From a virus (lineage: Duplodnaviria; Caudoviricetes), in IMG/VR virus record IMGVR_UViG_3300032722_000020, positions 1-61,263 of that record: a stretch of DNA of 61,263 nucleotides; one strand, given 5' to 3'. The position numbers and the translations under genes are program-made. How positions within the stretch are numbered: position 1 is the first letter of the stretch; each line of letters starts with the position of its first letter. This document shows, one piece after another, positions 47,255 to 56,694 of this stretch. The notes beneath the pieces were generated by a model. It had not been told where the DNA came from, did not search any database, and was given only the letters and a program-made list of their open reading frames with translations.

Positions 47255-47503
47255 ATGTCCAAACTCAAAAAATATATGGCAAAAAATAAAACAAGCAACA
47301 GACACGAAAATCAGCAACATCCCAAATGGGAATATATGATTAACGACTTGGCGTTCCTGAACACTGAAAAGGAAACCATCCTGAACCTTCTTGGCCAAGA
47401 TGGATGGGAAGCCGTCGGATTTACCGGCAATGGCTCGGTGCTTCTAAAAAGGAAAGCATCTAAACGTAGAAAGCTGATCCACCGCCGACTAAAATCTAAC
47501 TAA
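47255..47503 (+). CDS. DUF4177-like protein (cassette)
   Basis: KWEY...LNLLGQDGWEAVG...LLKR. Confidence 0.7.
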   Translation: MSKLKKYMAKNKTSNRHENQQHPKWEYMINDLAFLNTEKETILNLLGQDGWEAVGFTGNGSVLLKRKASKRRKLIHRRLKSN

Positions 47504-47512
47504 AATAAAACT

Positions 47513-48070
47513 ATGATTCACTGCCCACGTTGCAACTGTCCTTTTGAAGCGTCAGTAACAGAATTTTCTTGCTGCCCAAATTGTTCACTTGAAGTTGAAC
47601 CAATCGAACCAAAACCTATGACCACCACCCAACAAAGCTCACCAACCAAAGAACAAATCGCCAAGCAATGCACTTGTGGTTTGAAGCCACATCCGCAAGA
47701 TGGATGTCCTGCTATTTCTCCACAAATCCCGACGCCGAGGACGGATGAAATCCATCGAATTAACACCAAGATGAACGTCCATGATGAATATGGCAATCTG
47801 TTAGACCACGCCCGCACTCTCGAACGCGAACTCATCACCACCAAACAACTCGCCGAACGCTACGAGCAAGAGCGTAACGAGTATCAAGAACAACTCCTAG
47901 CTGTCCGGCGTGAGTTAGAGGAAGCGAGGAAGGGCAAGGAACGATACGAGTATGTTCGGCGTCTGAATCCAACAAGTTTCGCTTCACTGTTCACTCAAAA
48001 CATCCGAACCGGCAAACACTTTGACGACATCGTTGACGATGCTATTAACCAAGCGAAAGGCAAACAATGA
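47513..48070 (+). CDS. Hypothetical phage protein
   Basis: CPRC/CPNC; TPRTD..ARTLEREL motif. Confidence 0.65.
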   Translation: MIHCPRCNCPFEASVTEFSCCPNCSLEVEPIEPKPMTTTQQSSPTKEQIAKQCTCGLKPHPQDGCPAISPQIPTPRTDEIHRINTKMNVHDEYGNLLDHARTLERELITTKQLAERYEQERNEYQEQLLAVRRELEEARKGKERYEYVRRLNPTSFASLFTQNIRTGKHFDDIVDDAINQAKGKQ

Positions 48071-48291
48071 AAACGGCAGAACAGTGGGCTAACCGAATAC
48101 AAAACAGCAAAGAGCCGTGGGCAAAACTTGTGGGTGAAATCCAATCCGACGCCGCGAAAGCTGCGCTGACGCTGGCGGCTGAAATCGTGCGAGACACGCC
48201 TACTCTTGAACTGGACAGAGACGTTGTGACAAGCACGCTGTCTCTTGAAATATTGAAGAAGCGCGACAACCTCAAACTGGAACAACTATGA
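48067..48291 (+). CDS. Hypothetical protein
   Basis: ATGA-coupled ORF. Confidence 0.6.
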   Translation: MKTAEQWANRIQNSKEPWAKLVGEIQSDAAKAALTLAAEIVRDTPTLELDRDVVTSTLSLEILKKRDNLKLEQL

Positions 48292-48406
48292 AAATCTGGT
48301 GGAAAGGCGAACCATTGATTGTCGGCAGTCTGCGCTGGCTTGTCATTGACAACGACCTTTTGCAAACGATACGAGAAGCATTAAACAAACTGAAAGCATT
48401 AAGAAA

Positions 48407-48610
48407 ATGAACAAACCTATGGCAAAAACAAAATGCAAATCGTGCGGCGTAAAATGGACAGACCACAAGGGCATCCAGCCTACCTGCGCCGCGCTTCAAG
48501 TCGCCATCAAAGCCCTTGAACAAATCTCGGTCATGCCAAGGAATCGGCGGGCGCGGCATCTGGCAATCGGCGCACGCTCGTTTATCGAAACGCAATTATT
48601 TCAGCAATGA
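48407..48610 (+). CDS. Hypothetical protein
   Basis: CKSC..HKGIQPTC. Confidence 0.6.
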   Translation: MNKPMAKTKCKSCGVKWTDHKGIQPTCAALQVAIKALEQISVMPRNRRARHLAIGARSFIETQLFQQ

Positions 48611-49290
48611 AACGCATACTGCTAACCATCGCTCTAGCAAGCCAAGCGCACGCCGGAATCGAGTTGTGCGGATTAGAATTTTCTCCCGTTCCTATGCCGG
48701 ACGACAGCCGTATATGTTCCCAATGGGTTCACAAGAGCGGCGAAGCGCAAGCGGGCATCGAAGCCAATCAAGGAGGCTACATTCGGCCAATGGTCGTGAC
48801 GCCTCCGAAAATAGGCACGCTTGCGGCGGGAGAAAAACATTTAACGGAACGCGAGCGGGTAGTAGCCCGTAGTGGTCGCGCCACTTATCAAACGATGCAA
48901 AGGGCTGTCGAAGCTGATGCGTTGAATGATTCGCAGGTAAAATCCTGCCGTTCCGACCATTTCGTTGACGCCAACAAAATGCTTTGGGCGTTGGCGCAGA
49001 TCGAGTCAGGCGGCAACGACTACGCTCACGGACGGCACGGCGAGGTTTCGCGCTACCAGTGCATGAAGCGAGTCTGGCGCAATGCGACGGCGCAACCGTA
49101 TTCCGCTGCCACCAACGCGCAGATAGCCGCCACCGTAACGCTCGCGGTGATTCGCGCCCGCACCGGCCAAGACCCCGCTACGCTCACGCCTGCGGCTTTT
49201 GCGCTCGCGTGGCATTGCCCAAACGCCAAGCACCTAAACGCCGAGCAGCGCGACTACGTTGACCGCTTCACGAATCTGGTGAGGAAATGA
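48607..49290 (+). CDS. Signal-peptide lytic transglycosylase/lysozyme-like protein
   Basis: MKRILLTIALASQAHA|G; ALAQIESGGN..GRHGEVSRYQ..W. Confidence 0.72.
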   Translation: MKRILLTIALASQAHAGIELCGLEFSPVPMPDDSRICSQWVHKSGEAQAGIEANQGGYIRPMVVTPPKIGTLAAGEKHLTERERVVARSGRATYQTMQRAVEADALNDSQVKSCRSDHFVDANKMLWALAQIESGGNDYAHGRHGEVSRYQCMKRVWRNATAQPYSAATNAQIAATVTLAVIRARTGQDPATLTPAAFALAWHCPNAKHLNAEQRDYVDRFTNLVRK

Positions 49291-49429
49291 TTTATGAACA
49301 AACTCCGATACAAATACTTCTACTGGAAACGCAAGCTGGCAATCTTTCTTGGGCTTTGCCCGACGTGTTGGCAGCGCGTGAACTACACCATCACCGGCAG
49401 GCCAATCTGCCCAAACTGCGCGAGATAAT

Positions 49430-49819
49430 ATGAACACTGAATTGAGAGAGTTGGATGCTTGGATTGCAGAAAATGTCATGGGATTGAAACCGTGGAAGGA
49501 AACGCAGGAAAGAATAACCTGCATTCTTGAGCCAAACGAGTTTGTTCTTTCAATTCCATCTAACATTGTTCGCGCCCGAATTTGCAGCAATCCAACTAAA
49601 AACTTTCAGCCAACGATAGACGCCGCCGACTCTCTGGAAGTCTTGAAGAAGTGCGTAGAAATGCGAGGAGAAGTGAAAATCTTCAAGGCTGGCGACGGCG
49701 AATGGGTGTGTCGCAAGCCGATTGGAAGCGGTTACAATAGCACGCTACACATTGCCACCGCCACTACCCTCGAACTCGCCATCTGCCGCTTCGCCAGCAA
49801 GCTGTTTGAAAAACAATAA
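49430..49819 (+). CDS. Phage ABA-sandwich/YopX-neighbour-like hypothetical protein
   Basis: RELDAWIAENVMG..FQPTIDAAD..LAICRFA. Confidence 0.65.
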   Translation: MNTELRELDAWIAENVMGLKPWKETQERITCILEPNEFVLSIPSNIVRARICSNPTKNFQPTIDAADSLEVLKKCVEMRGEVKIFKAGDGEWVCRKPIGSGYNSTLHIATATTLELAICRFASKLFEKQ

Positions 49820-49832
49820 ACCAACTGCACCT

Positions 49833-50057
49833 ATGCTATCCAAAATTATTCCATCCGTTCGCGCCAAGTTTCTAACCATATACAAACAGACCAAAGACGA
49901 CCTCGAAAAACTCTCCGCAAATGAATTAAGCTATCTCGCGCACATGGCCGAAGAAAACAAAACCAGCCAGCAATACAGCACCCGCGCCGCCGCCGAGATA
50001 GTTGCCGCTGCCTGTCAGATTATCCAAGAAAAAAAAGACAAATTAAACTTGCCCTAG
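49833..50057 (+). CDS. Hypothetical protein
   Basis: ORF beginning MLSKII within the operon. Confidence 0.5.
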   Translation: MLSKIIPSVRAKFLTIYKQTKDDLEKLSANELSYLAHMAEENKTSQQYSTRAAAEIVAAACQIIQEKKDKLNLP

Positions 50058-50096
50058 AACTTACATCGCAGACTTTTTATCTCGTAAATCCTGACC

Positions 50097-50615
50097 ATGA
50101 ATACTTCTACCGACACGCGATTAAATCCGAACGAGATACCCGCGCCCTTGCATAATGGCAATCACATGGTCGAATCTCATGCCACTGACGAGGCGGAATT
50201 TATAATTCGGATCGCCGCCCGCTATCCACTAACTGAATCGCAAGCGTTGGAAATCGCCAGTGAAGCGCAGGAACATTACGGCGGTGCCGACGTGCCGCGC
50301 GCGGAGTTTTGGCGCGTTCATGGCATGATTGAGCGGGGTTTTCTTGTGCTGCGCGCCTATTCTAAAAAAGGCGGCAACCGCGACATGGCGGAACGGTGCT
50401 TGTGGTTGCTGCTCGGTTTTCCGGTCTTGGCCGGAGCGGATTCGATGGTGGACATTATTAAATACACCGGCTTTAGCAAGCAGACCGTTGACAAATGCCT
50501 TAAACACTTTCAAAAGGAAATGCCGGAACTACCGATACTGGAAGGGCAGCGCGACATTGAATCACGCAAAAATATGACACTGGCTAGAATTAAACAAATC
50601 AAAAAACATGAATGA
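50097..50615 (+). CDS. HTH-containing protein, candidate late regulator
   Basis: SMVDIIKYTGFSKQTVDKCL; sits at the early/late boundary. Confidence 0.55.
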   Translation: MNTSTDTRLNPNEIPAPLHNGNHMVESHATDEAEFIIRIAARYPLTESQALEIASEAQEHYGGADVPRAEFWRVHGMIERGFLVLRAYSKKGGNRDMAERCLWLLLGFPVLAGADSMVDIIKYTGFSKQTVDKCLKHFQKEMPELPILEGQRDIESRKNMTLARIKQIKKHE

Positions 50616-51183
50616 TACCACCATCGAAACCTACACTGATCGCGCTCACGCGATGAAGCAAGAGGCCGCGCAAGCTGCCTTAAAAGAACTCACCAAAAAG
50701 TTTGCACTGTTCAAGGAAGCGGTTGCTAACGGTCGTGAATCCACCGTTGAAGCGGTCAACCTGGCCCGCGACATGGGCGATACCATCTGGGAAATTACCG
50801 GACACGAAAAGCTGTTGCCGGCGGAATTTAACCAGCTTGCTCTGGCTCTGCCTGATGCGGGACTGGCTTTTGCAAAGGAGTGTTTATCGGTTCGCCGACA
50901 ACTGGACAAGCCGGTGACGGATTACAACGCCGCCCGGCCATTGTGGGACAAACTGCTTATTCAGCTTGACCTAATCCCTAAACCGGCGCGCGGCGAGCAG
51001 AAACTTCACAGCAAGGAACACGTCGAAATGTTTCTGGCAAGCGTGATTCGGATTAATAACGAATCGGCGCGACTAATCAAGACTGATCCGATTGAACAAT
51101 GGCCGTCGTTTTATCGCCAGAAATTTATTAACGATGCGAAGCCGATTCACGACCTTTACGAACAAGCCATTGCGTTGAAATAA
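50608..51183 (+). CDS. Hypothetical protein
   Basis: 191-aa helical ORF. Confidence 0.65.
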   Translation: MNDTTIETYTDRAHAMKQEAAQAALKELTKKFALFKEAVANGRESTVEAVNLARDMGDTIWEITGHEKLLPAEFNQLALALPDAGLAFAKECLSVRRQLDKPVTDYNAARPLWDKLLIQLDLIPKPARGEQKLHSKEHVEMFLASVIRINNESARLIKTDPIEQWPSFYRQKFINDAKPIHDLYEQAIALK

Positions 51184-51371
51184 ATCCATGAAAAATCACA
51201 CACGCTTTTCTAAAGCATCCGGCAGCGAGTTAGCCAAACTTTGCAAACTCGCCCAACGCGGCTGGAAACCCGGTGCCGGTAAAGTTGGCGATTGGCTGCG
51301 GTCAATCCGCCGCGAAAAACGCCGGTCAGGTTCTTCGCAAACCGAGTCGGCGATGGAATAGGCGGCTACGC

Positions 51372-52310
51372 ATGAGTAAGCGTAAGAAAAAGCAAATTGC
51401 AAAGCCAGCCGCGCCAGTTTTACCAGAACCAACTCCTGATGAAATTGAAAAGCAGCGGATTGAAAGCCGTTTCATCGAAATCGGACGGCTTAACAGCGAT
51501 AAAGAAAAACGGCTACGCGATTTGTATTTCATCTGGCGCAATCCATTAAGTGACGAAGGTAAGAAACAAACGCTTCGCAAAGATGAGATTCAGGAATTAC
51601 TAGACGCAAAAATAATCGCTTTACCAAAAGATGACCCGGCGGGAAGCACCGGCCCCGCTTTGTCGGATGTTGATGTGTGCGATTCGGGGGGCGAACTGGC
51701 ACGCCGGATGATGCTGCATTTTCAAAATCCCGACAAGACAAGCAAGCTGCGGAATGAAATCGTTAAACAAACGATTAGTGATTGGAAGGCCCATAGGCGT
51801 TTGGCTTCAACCATTCCACCATTCCCGACCATTAAGGGTGGTCGCACACGCTATTCGCTCCGGGCGGCAATCGAATGGTTTAATAATAACCTGTGGCACG
51901 CCTGGCGGCGCGATCCAGCCCAGACCAACGGGGCGGAAGCGAGTCCGCTTGTGCTGATTGAGGAATTGCGGTTAGTGGCGGAACGGGCCGAACTGGAAAA
52001 AACCTTGTTTGATATTGAGGTGGCGAAGGGCGGTTATTTGGCTACGGAAAAATGCGCGGCGATTTTGGCTGGAACCATGCGGCAATCACACGATTTTTTG
52101 AAGGGACTGATGGAAAATGATTCGCCGGAATTGTTTGAATTATTCTGGCAGGGAATCGGTTTGACGCCGGAACAAATCACCGCGTCCAAAGAATTTCAGG
52201 CGAAGGAATACCGGCGGATAATCGACGAGGTGGAAACGGAAGCGTCGCGGCGAGCGAATGAAAACGCGGCGCGAATCCAAACGCAAGTGAAGCATGATCT
52301 CGGACAATAA
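51372..52310 (+). CDS. Putative terminase small subunit (Nu1-like)
   Basis: KQTISDWK..P.P..RYSLRAAIEWF winged helix, then coiled coil ending EVAKGGY. Confidence 0.6.
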   Translation: MSKRKKKQIAKPAAPVLPEPTPDEIEKQRIESRFIEIGRLNSDKEKRLRDLYFIWRNPLSDEGKKQTLRKDEIQELLDAKIIALPKDDPAGSTGPALSDVDVCDSGGELARRMMLHFQNPDKTSKLRNEIVKQTISDWKAHRRLASTIPPFPTIKGGRTRYSLRAAIEWFNNNLWHAWRRDPAQTNGAEASPLVLIEELRLVAERAELEKTLFDIEVAKGGYLATEKCAAILAGTMRQSHDFLKGLMENDSPELFELFWQGIGLTPEQITASKEFQAKEYRRIIDEVETEASRRANENAARIQTQVKHDLGQ

Positions 52311-52328
52311 AATTAACGAAAAAATACT

Positions 52329-52637
52329 ATGAAAAAGGAAAACCTTGTCAGACTACTAACAGCGATAATCTCCGGTGCTTTATTAGTCGCGTGGATTATT
52401 CGACATAAATCACCGCACGCAAATTTTGTCATTCCACCAGAGTATTTAGTGGTGACTATGGATACCAACGCCATCGCAAATCCACCGACGATTACTTTTA
52501 AGATCAGCTTTGACGGGACGAATTGGGAAAAAGTCGAATCCATAAAACTCAGTCCTGAAAGCGTGCAATACATTGCAACGCCGCCAATCATAAAAAGCGT
52601 AAAACTTCAAGTTATAGAAAGTATAAACACACATTGA
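52329..52637 (+). CDS. Small membrane-anchored protein (lower GC)
   Basis: N-terminal TM; ISFDGTNW motif. Confidence 0.55.
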   Translation: MKKENLVRLLTAIISGALLVAWIIRHKSPHANFVIPPEYLVVTMDTNAIANPPTITFKISFDGTNWEKVESIKLSPESVQYIATPPIIKSVKLQVIESINTH

Positions 52638-52682
52638 TTCCTAACGCCTCAAGTGTTAGGTGCGAAATAACGACAATCTAAT

Positions 52683-53045
52683 ATGAAAGAAATAATAGAA
52701 ATCTTGAACGAACTCGCGGGAGAAATCCACGAGCTAAACCATAAGTGGTGGCACGATAAAAACGGCCAACCGCTGCAACGCAACAAGGGCGAACTGCTCT
52801 GCCTCATGCACTCGGAAATCTCCGAGGCGATGGAAGGCGAGCGGAAAGACCTGATGGATGACAAGCTGCCGCATCGCAAAATGGCAGAGGTGGAACTGGC
52901 CGACGCGCTCATCCGAATCTTAGACTACGCCGCAGGATTCAACTACGACATCGGCGGAGCAGTCTTTGAAAAACTGCAATACAACGCCACGCGGCAAGAC
53001 CACACGCACGAAGCGCGCGAACAAGCCAACGGCAAGAAATGGTAA
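52683..53045 (+). CDS. MazG-like NTP pyrophosphohydrolase
   Basis: LCLMHSEISEAMEGERK..EVELADALIRILD..EKLQYN..R. Confidence 0.88.
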   Translation: MKEIIEILNELAGEIHELNHKWWHDKNGQPLQRNKGELLCLMHSEISEAMEGERKDLMDDKLPHRKMAEVELADALIRILDYAAGFNYDIGGAVFEKLQYNATRQDHTHEAREQANGKKW

Positions 53046-53269
53046 CTAACGAAAAAAGATGAGCCACCGGCAACCCACGACTATGCAAACCAATAACTCT
53101 TGCGAATTACTGAAAGCCCAGACAAATCGCTGATCTAAAAGCTGAAAATGCCGAACTGCGCCGACACCTAGCCGACGCGGTAAAATCGGTGCTAGAAATC
53201 CGCGACTTGCTCGACCCTGACGGAAATCTGTGCGTCAAAGACGCCGCCGTAAAACTGAAAGCTAAAATC

Positions 53270-53614
53270 ATGGAAACAACACTAGAAAAACCAAGTGCCG
53301 CCGCAAATGCCAGCGACAAGGCGGATTCGCCTGCGATGCCTTGTTCGGAGAAAAAACCAGTGATAATCCGTGGCCGTGCAATATGCCACGGGGCTGACCT
53401 TCGGTGGTCTAGCCTGCCAATCATAAACCTTCCGCCCAACACAATCAAAGTTCGTCGGCGCATCAGAAATGATCGCTTCGCATCGGTGTTCGTAAAAACA
53501 AAAACCGAAGTCCAACACTGGAGGCTCTGTCCAGTAGGAGATAAATTCAATGGTGTAACCGAACTCTATCTCGACCTACTGCAAGGGGTGAACGCCTTTT
53601 CTCCGAACAGTTGA
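53270..53614 (+). CDS. Cassette hypothetical protein
   Basis: Start lies in an attC remnant. Confidence 0.5.
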   Translation: METTLEKPSAAANASDKADSPAMPCSEKKPVIIRGRAICHGADLRWSSLPIINLPPNTIKVRRRIRNDRFASVFVKTKTEVQHWRLCPVGDKFNGVTELYLDLLQGVNAFSPNS

Positions 53615-53641
53615 ATATACCAGGCCACTTTGTATAACCTA

Positions 53642-55822
53642 GTGACTCCCGAAACTAAATCCATCGCCGAGCAAAATGCGATTGCCAAAGTCACCTCCGC
53701 CGCGTGGCGCGGCGTCGGCAAATCGTTTCGCGGTGAGATTTATGACTACGCCCGCACGTTCACGTTGGGCAGCGGTTATCTGGGCGACTGGCAGCTAACC
53801 AACCTGTGCCGCCTCTGCCGCGCCAAAGGTAACATCCGAACGTGCCGCCATTTTGAGATAGATACCGCGCGCCATTTAATCGGCCCGTTCAAAGCCATCC
53901 TCGATCCCAATGTGCGGATTGTGATGTTGCTTAAAGCTGCACAAACCGCCGGCTCGCTCGTTTGGGATTTGACAGTCCATTATCTGCTCGTCCATTCGCC
54001 TTATATGCGGGTTAAGGCGCTGATGGATTGTGAAGAAAAGGCGCGAATTTATTGCACGCAGCGATTGATGGAAACTTTGCGAAAGAATCCCGACATCTCT
54101 CCCCTGCTGCCGACCGGAGCGGACAGGTTCGGCGTGACCGATACGGAGATGCGTTTGCTTAACGGTAAAACTTTATTCGTCGGCGGACTTAACGAAACAA
54201 ATGCGTCATCGCTACCGGCGGACGTGATGATTCTGGACGAGGGTTGGTTGCACCAATCGGATGGGCTAATGGGAAAAGCTGTCAACCGCGTCAAACAAAG
54301 CCAGAAACGAGGAAAACTTATTATCGTGGGACAGGCTGGAAAAGTGAAGGAGGATCAGGATTTAATTTGGGAGGGGCTTCATGTTCGTGTTCCTTTGACG
54401 TTTTCATGTCCTGCCTGCGGTGGCCGACAGGAATTTAACATCACCAAGCAACGGCCAAATGATTTTGCGCCGCTTCCAATCAAGGGGATCGGCGAATGGA
54501 CGATTCCTGCCGATCCTCCAAAGCCAGAAACTTTTTGGGGGATGAAGGTGCCGGAACGTTTTTCAGAACTCGACACGCCGGAAAAAATCAAGTCTGCCGC
54601 CGCCAAGACAACGATTGAATGCTACCATTGCGGATCAGAACTTCCCGACACCCGCAAAATCCGCGAAGCCATCAATGCTACATTTGATCAGGAATATCGC
54701 CAGCAGTTGCCGAATGGGATTTTTTACACGCCGAAAAATTTTAGCGTTGGATTCTGGCAGCCCGACCCGGCCTCGATGTTCGTTCCGTGGCGAGAAACCA
54801 TGCAGGCATACATCGTGGCGGTCAAAGCACATAAAGAATCTGGGAACATCCAAAAACTGATTGATTTTTACTTGTCGAACTGGGCAACACCTTGGGATGG
54901 AAAATCGCTGTCGGTTTCCAACCGGACGATAACCGCCGGAACTTACGACCCGTTGAAGTATCTGGAAATTTTTGGCAAGGATGAATCCGGCGCGAGCCTG
55001 TTTCATTCCGTGAACATGGCAGTGGACTGCCAAGAGGACGCCGACCACAAGGCCGCAACCGAGAAATCCATCACTGGCTGGTTTTGGTATATCGTGCGTG
55101 CGTATGACCGATTTGGAAACAGTCGTCAACTGGCGCGCGGTTATTGCAAATCATGGGCGGCATGGCGCTCGGTTCAGGCATTTTGGGGAGTTCCGAATGA
55201 CCGGGTAATGATTGACGTAGTGCAATGGAGCGAACAGGTGATGAATAAGGCGGTGGAGTTCCGGCAGATGGTGAAGCGTTCGCGGCCACATCCGATTTTC
55301 AAGACGATGGAAGATTCGGTGACTTGGAAACTTCTGGCCGCAAGTCCCGGCAAGCAGAATTTCAAGGGACATCGGGACGGCCAAATCAGGCCGTGGTCGC
55401 CAGAGGCGGCAGTGTATGGTAGTATGATTGACGAGTCCGGCAAAGTGCGGCGCATCCCGCTGGCGCGCATTTTATTCAACAAGACGCCCATCATGTTGCA
55501 GATAGATTCGCTTTACAGCGGAGCGCCAGGGATGCCGAAGTTTGAATTTTTATCGCGTGACCAGCTTAAAATTCCGGCGGCTGATGGAAAAACGCTTGTG
55601 CCGGACACGCTGACGCTTTCAATGGAAGTGGACGGGCGCAACGGCAGGCAGACGATGTTGGCTTACGAAAACCAGATGAGCGCGCAGATTTACAACAAAG
55701 AGACGAACAAGTATGACGAGTTGCGACCGGACGATCACTGGTTTTGGTGCGAGCAGGCGTTACTTGTGCGTGCGGGGATGGACGGTTTGTTGGGGCAATC
55801 AGCGGTGTTTTCGGCGGAATGA
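53642..55822 (+). CDS. Terminase large subunit (GpA family)
   Basis: KAAQTAGS (deviant Walker A), MILDE (Walker B), CPAC/CYHC, AVDCQ nuclease motif, DHWFWCE. Confidence 0.9.
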   Translation: MTPETKSIAEQNAIAKVTSAAWRGVGKSFRGEIYDYARTFTLGSGYLGDWQLTNLCRLCRAKGNIRTCRHFEIDTARHLIGPFKAILDPNVRIVMLLKAAQTAGSLVWDLTVHYLLVHSPYMRVKALMDCEEKARIYCTQRLMETLRKNPDISPLLPTGADRFGVTDTEMRLLNGKTLFVGGLNETNASSLPADVMILDEGWLHQSDGLMGKAVNRVKQSQKRGKLIIVGQAGKVKEDQDLIWEGLHVRVPLTFSCPACGGRQEFNITKQRPNDFAPLPIKGIGEWTIPADPPKPETFWGMKVPERFSELDTPEKIKSAAAKTTIECYHCGSELPDTRKIREAINATFDQEYRQQLPNGIFYTPKNFSVGFWQPDPASMFVPWRETMQAYIVAVKAHKESGNIQKLIDFYLSNWATPWDGKSLSVSNRTITAGTYDPLKYLEIFGKDESGASLFHSVNMAVDCQEDADHKAATEKSITGWFWYIVRAYDRFGNSRQLARGYCKSWAAWRSVQAFWGVPNDRVMIDVVQWSEQVMNKAVEFRQMVKRSRPHPIFKTMEDSVTWKLLAASPGKQNFKGHRDGQIRPWSPEAAVYGSMIDESGKVRRIPLARILFNKTPIMLQIDSLYSGAPGMPKFEFLSRDQLKIPAADGKTLVPDTLTLSMEVDGRNGRQTMLAYENQMSAQIYNKETNKYDELRPDDHWFWCEQALLVRAGMDGLLGQSAVFSAE

Positions 55823-55827
55823 ATTTA

Positions 55828-56042
55828 TGATAACACCAGAACAAAAACAGAAATACTTGGAAAGAACCAAGGCTCAATACAAAGACGGCCAATGGATGAT
55901 CTGGGCGGACTTTCTTGGCGGAAATGCCGGAACGGGACTGACGGTTGAGGACGCCGCCAGAAATTACGCCAAAGGCGTTGCTGAAATGTTTGCCAGTTCG
56001 GAAATAGACTGGCCTGCGTTTTTAAGTCAGCCGCCGCTTTGA
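55828..56042 (+). CDS. Small hypothetical protein
   Basis: MITPEQK..GTGLTVEDAARN (HicB-like fold possible). Confidence 0.45.
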
Positions 56043-56058
56043 CTTTGCGCGGTTGTAG

Positions 56059-56685
56059 ATGGCCGTCGAACCAAAACAGTGGCGCGAGCCGGAAGTCTTT
56101 GCTTCCGGCGATTCGCTGATTTTCACCAAGTATCTGTCGAATTATCTGCCGGCGGATGGCTGGGCGTTGCACTACGTTGTCACTCAATCGCTTCCAAATG
56201 GTGCGGAAAAAGTTGCTGAATTTTATTCCACGCAGTCTGCTTTCGACCCGTCCTGCCATTCCGTCAACGTGCCGAACTTCGGGGCGGGGTTTGACCCGAC
56301 GGGCGAATACGTCCTGACCGGACAGGTGGTGAACGCGGTTGGCAATGCCGGATTGAACATCGCTGCCGGCGAAAAGCACACATTCTACGTTGCCGAGATT
56401 TCGATTGACCCCGACTTGGCGGACGGCGCAGGGAGTGCGCCGGTAACGACTTTCGCGCAGCAGATGGTTGACGCTCTCAAGGCGAAGCTGATGCGACTTG
56501 AATCTTACGACCTGACGGAAACCGACGTGCAGCGGACTCGGTTTATTGTCGAGGACAAAAACAAGACGTGGGAACGCTACTGGCGGCTGGTGGAGTTCCG
56601 CAACTACGAAATTAAGGTTGACCGGCAGCGAAACACCGGAGTCAGCCAAAACCAGATTTTGCCGCAACACACGGGCGGATGGTGA
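56059..56685 (+). CDS. Head-tail joining/adaptor protein
   Basis: EPEVFASGDSL..YLPADGWALHY..FAQQMVDALKA; precedes the portal gene. Confidence 0.65.
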   Translation: MAVEPKQWREPEVFASGDSLIFTKYLSNYLPADGWALHYVVTQSLPNGAEKVAEFYSTQSAFDPSCHSVNVPNFGAGFDPTGEYVLTGQVVNAVGNAGLNIAAGEKHTFYVAEISIDPDLADGAGSAPVTTFAQQMVDALKAKLMRLESYDLTETDVQRTRFIVEDKNKTWERYWRLVEFRNYEIKVDRQRNTGVSQNQILPQHTGGW

Positions 56686-56694
56686 TTTGATTTT

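Larger units (their letters stand above)
45498..47500 (-). mobile_element. Cassette array 2 (CALIN-like), five cassettes with degenerate attC sites
   Basis: attC-like sites at about 45502-45592, 46044-46152, 46428-46516, 46699-46796, 47214-47250 (internally deleted) and 47458-47490 (half). Head/tail pairs GTTAGGCATACA/TGTATGCCTAAC, GTTAGGCATAGCG/CGCTATGCCTAAC, TTTAGCTGAAC/GTTCAGATAAA, GTTAGATGC/GCATCTAAAC. Confidence 0.85.
52640..53621 (-). mobile_element. Relic cassette array 3 between terminase subunits
   Basis: CCTAAC-N9-GTTAGG (52640-52660); half attC at 53045-53075; cassette GTTCGGAGAAAA (53343) / TTTTCTCCGAAC (53597-53608) followed by attI-like AGTTGAATATACC. Confidence 0.7.

Noticed and set aside
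38355-47500. Repeated palindromic elements as a CRISPR array or terminators
   Set aside because: Repeats are not identical, the intervening segments are whole genes, there are no cas genes or U-tracts, and the AAC/GTT boxes fit attC.
38319-51361. In-frame TAG codons at 38319, 44963 and 51359 suggesting amber recoding
   Set aside because: Long genes are intact under the standard code and TAG ends plausible genes (6372, 36056, 50057). Decay or sequencing error is simpler. Coding density under codes 11 versus 15 would settle it.
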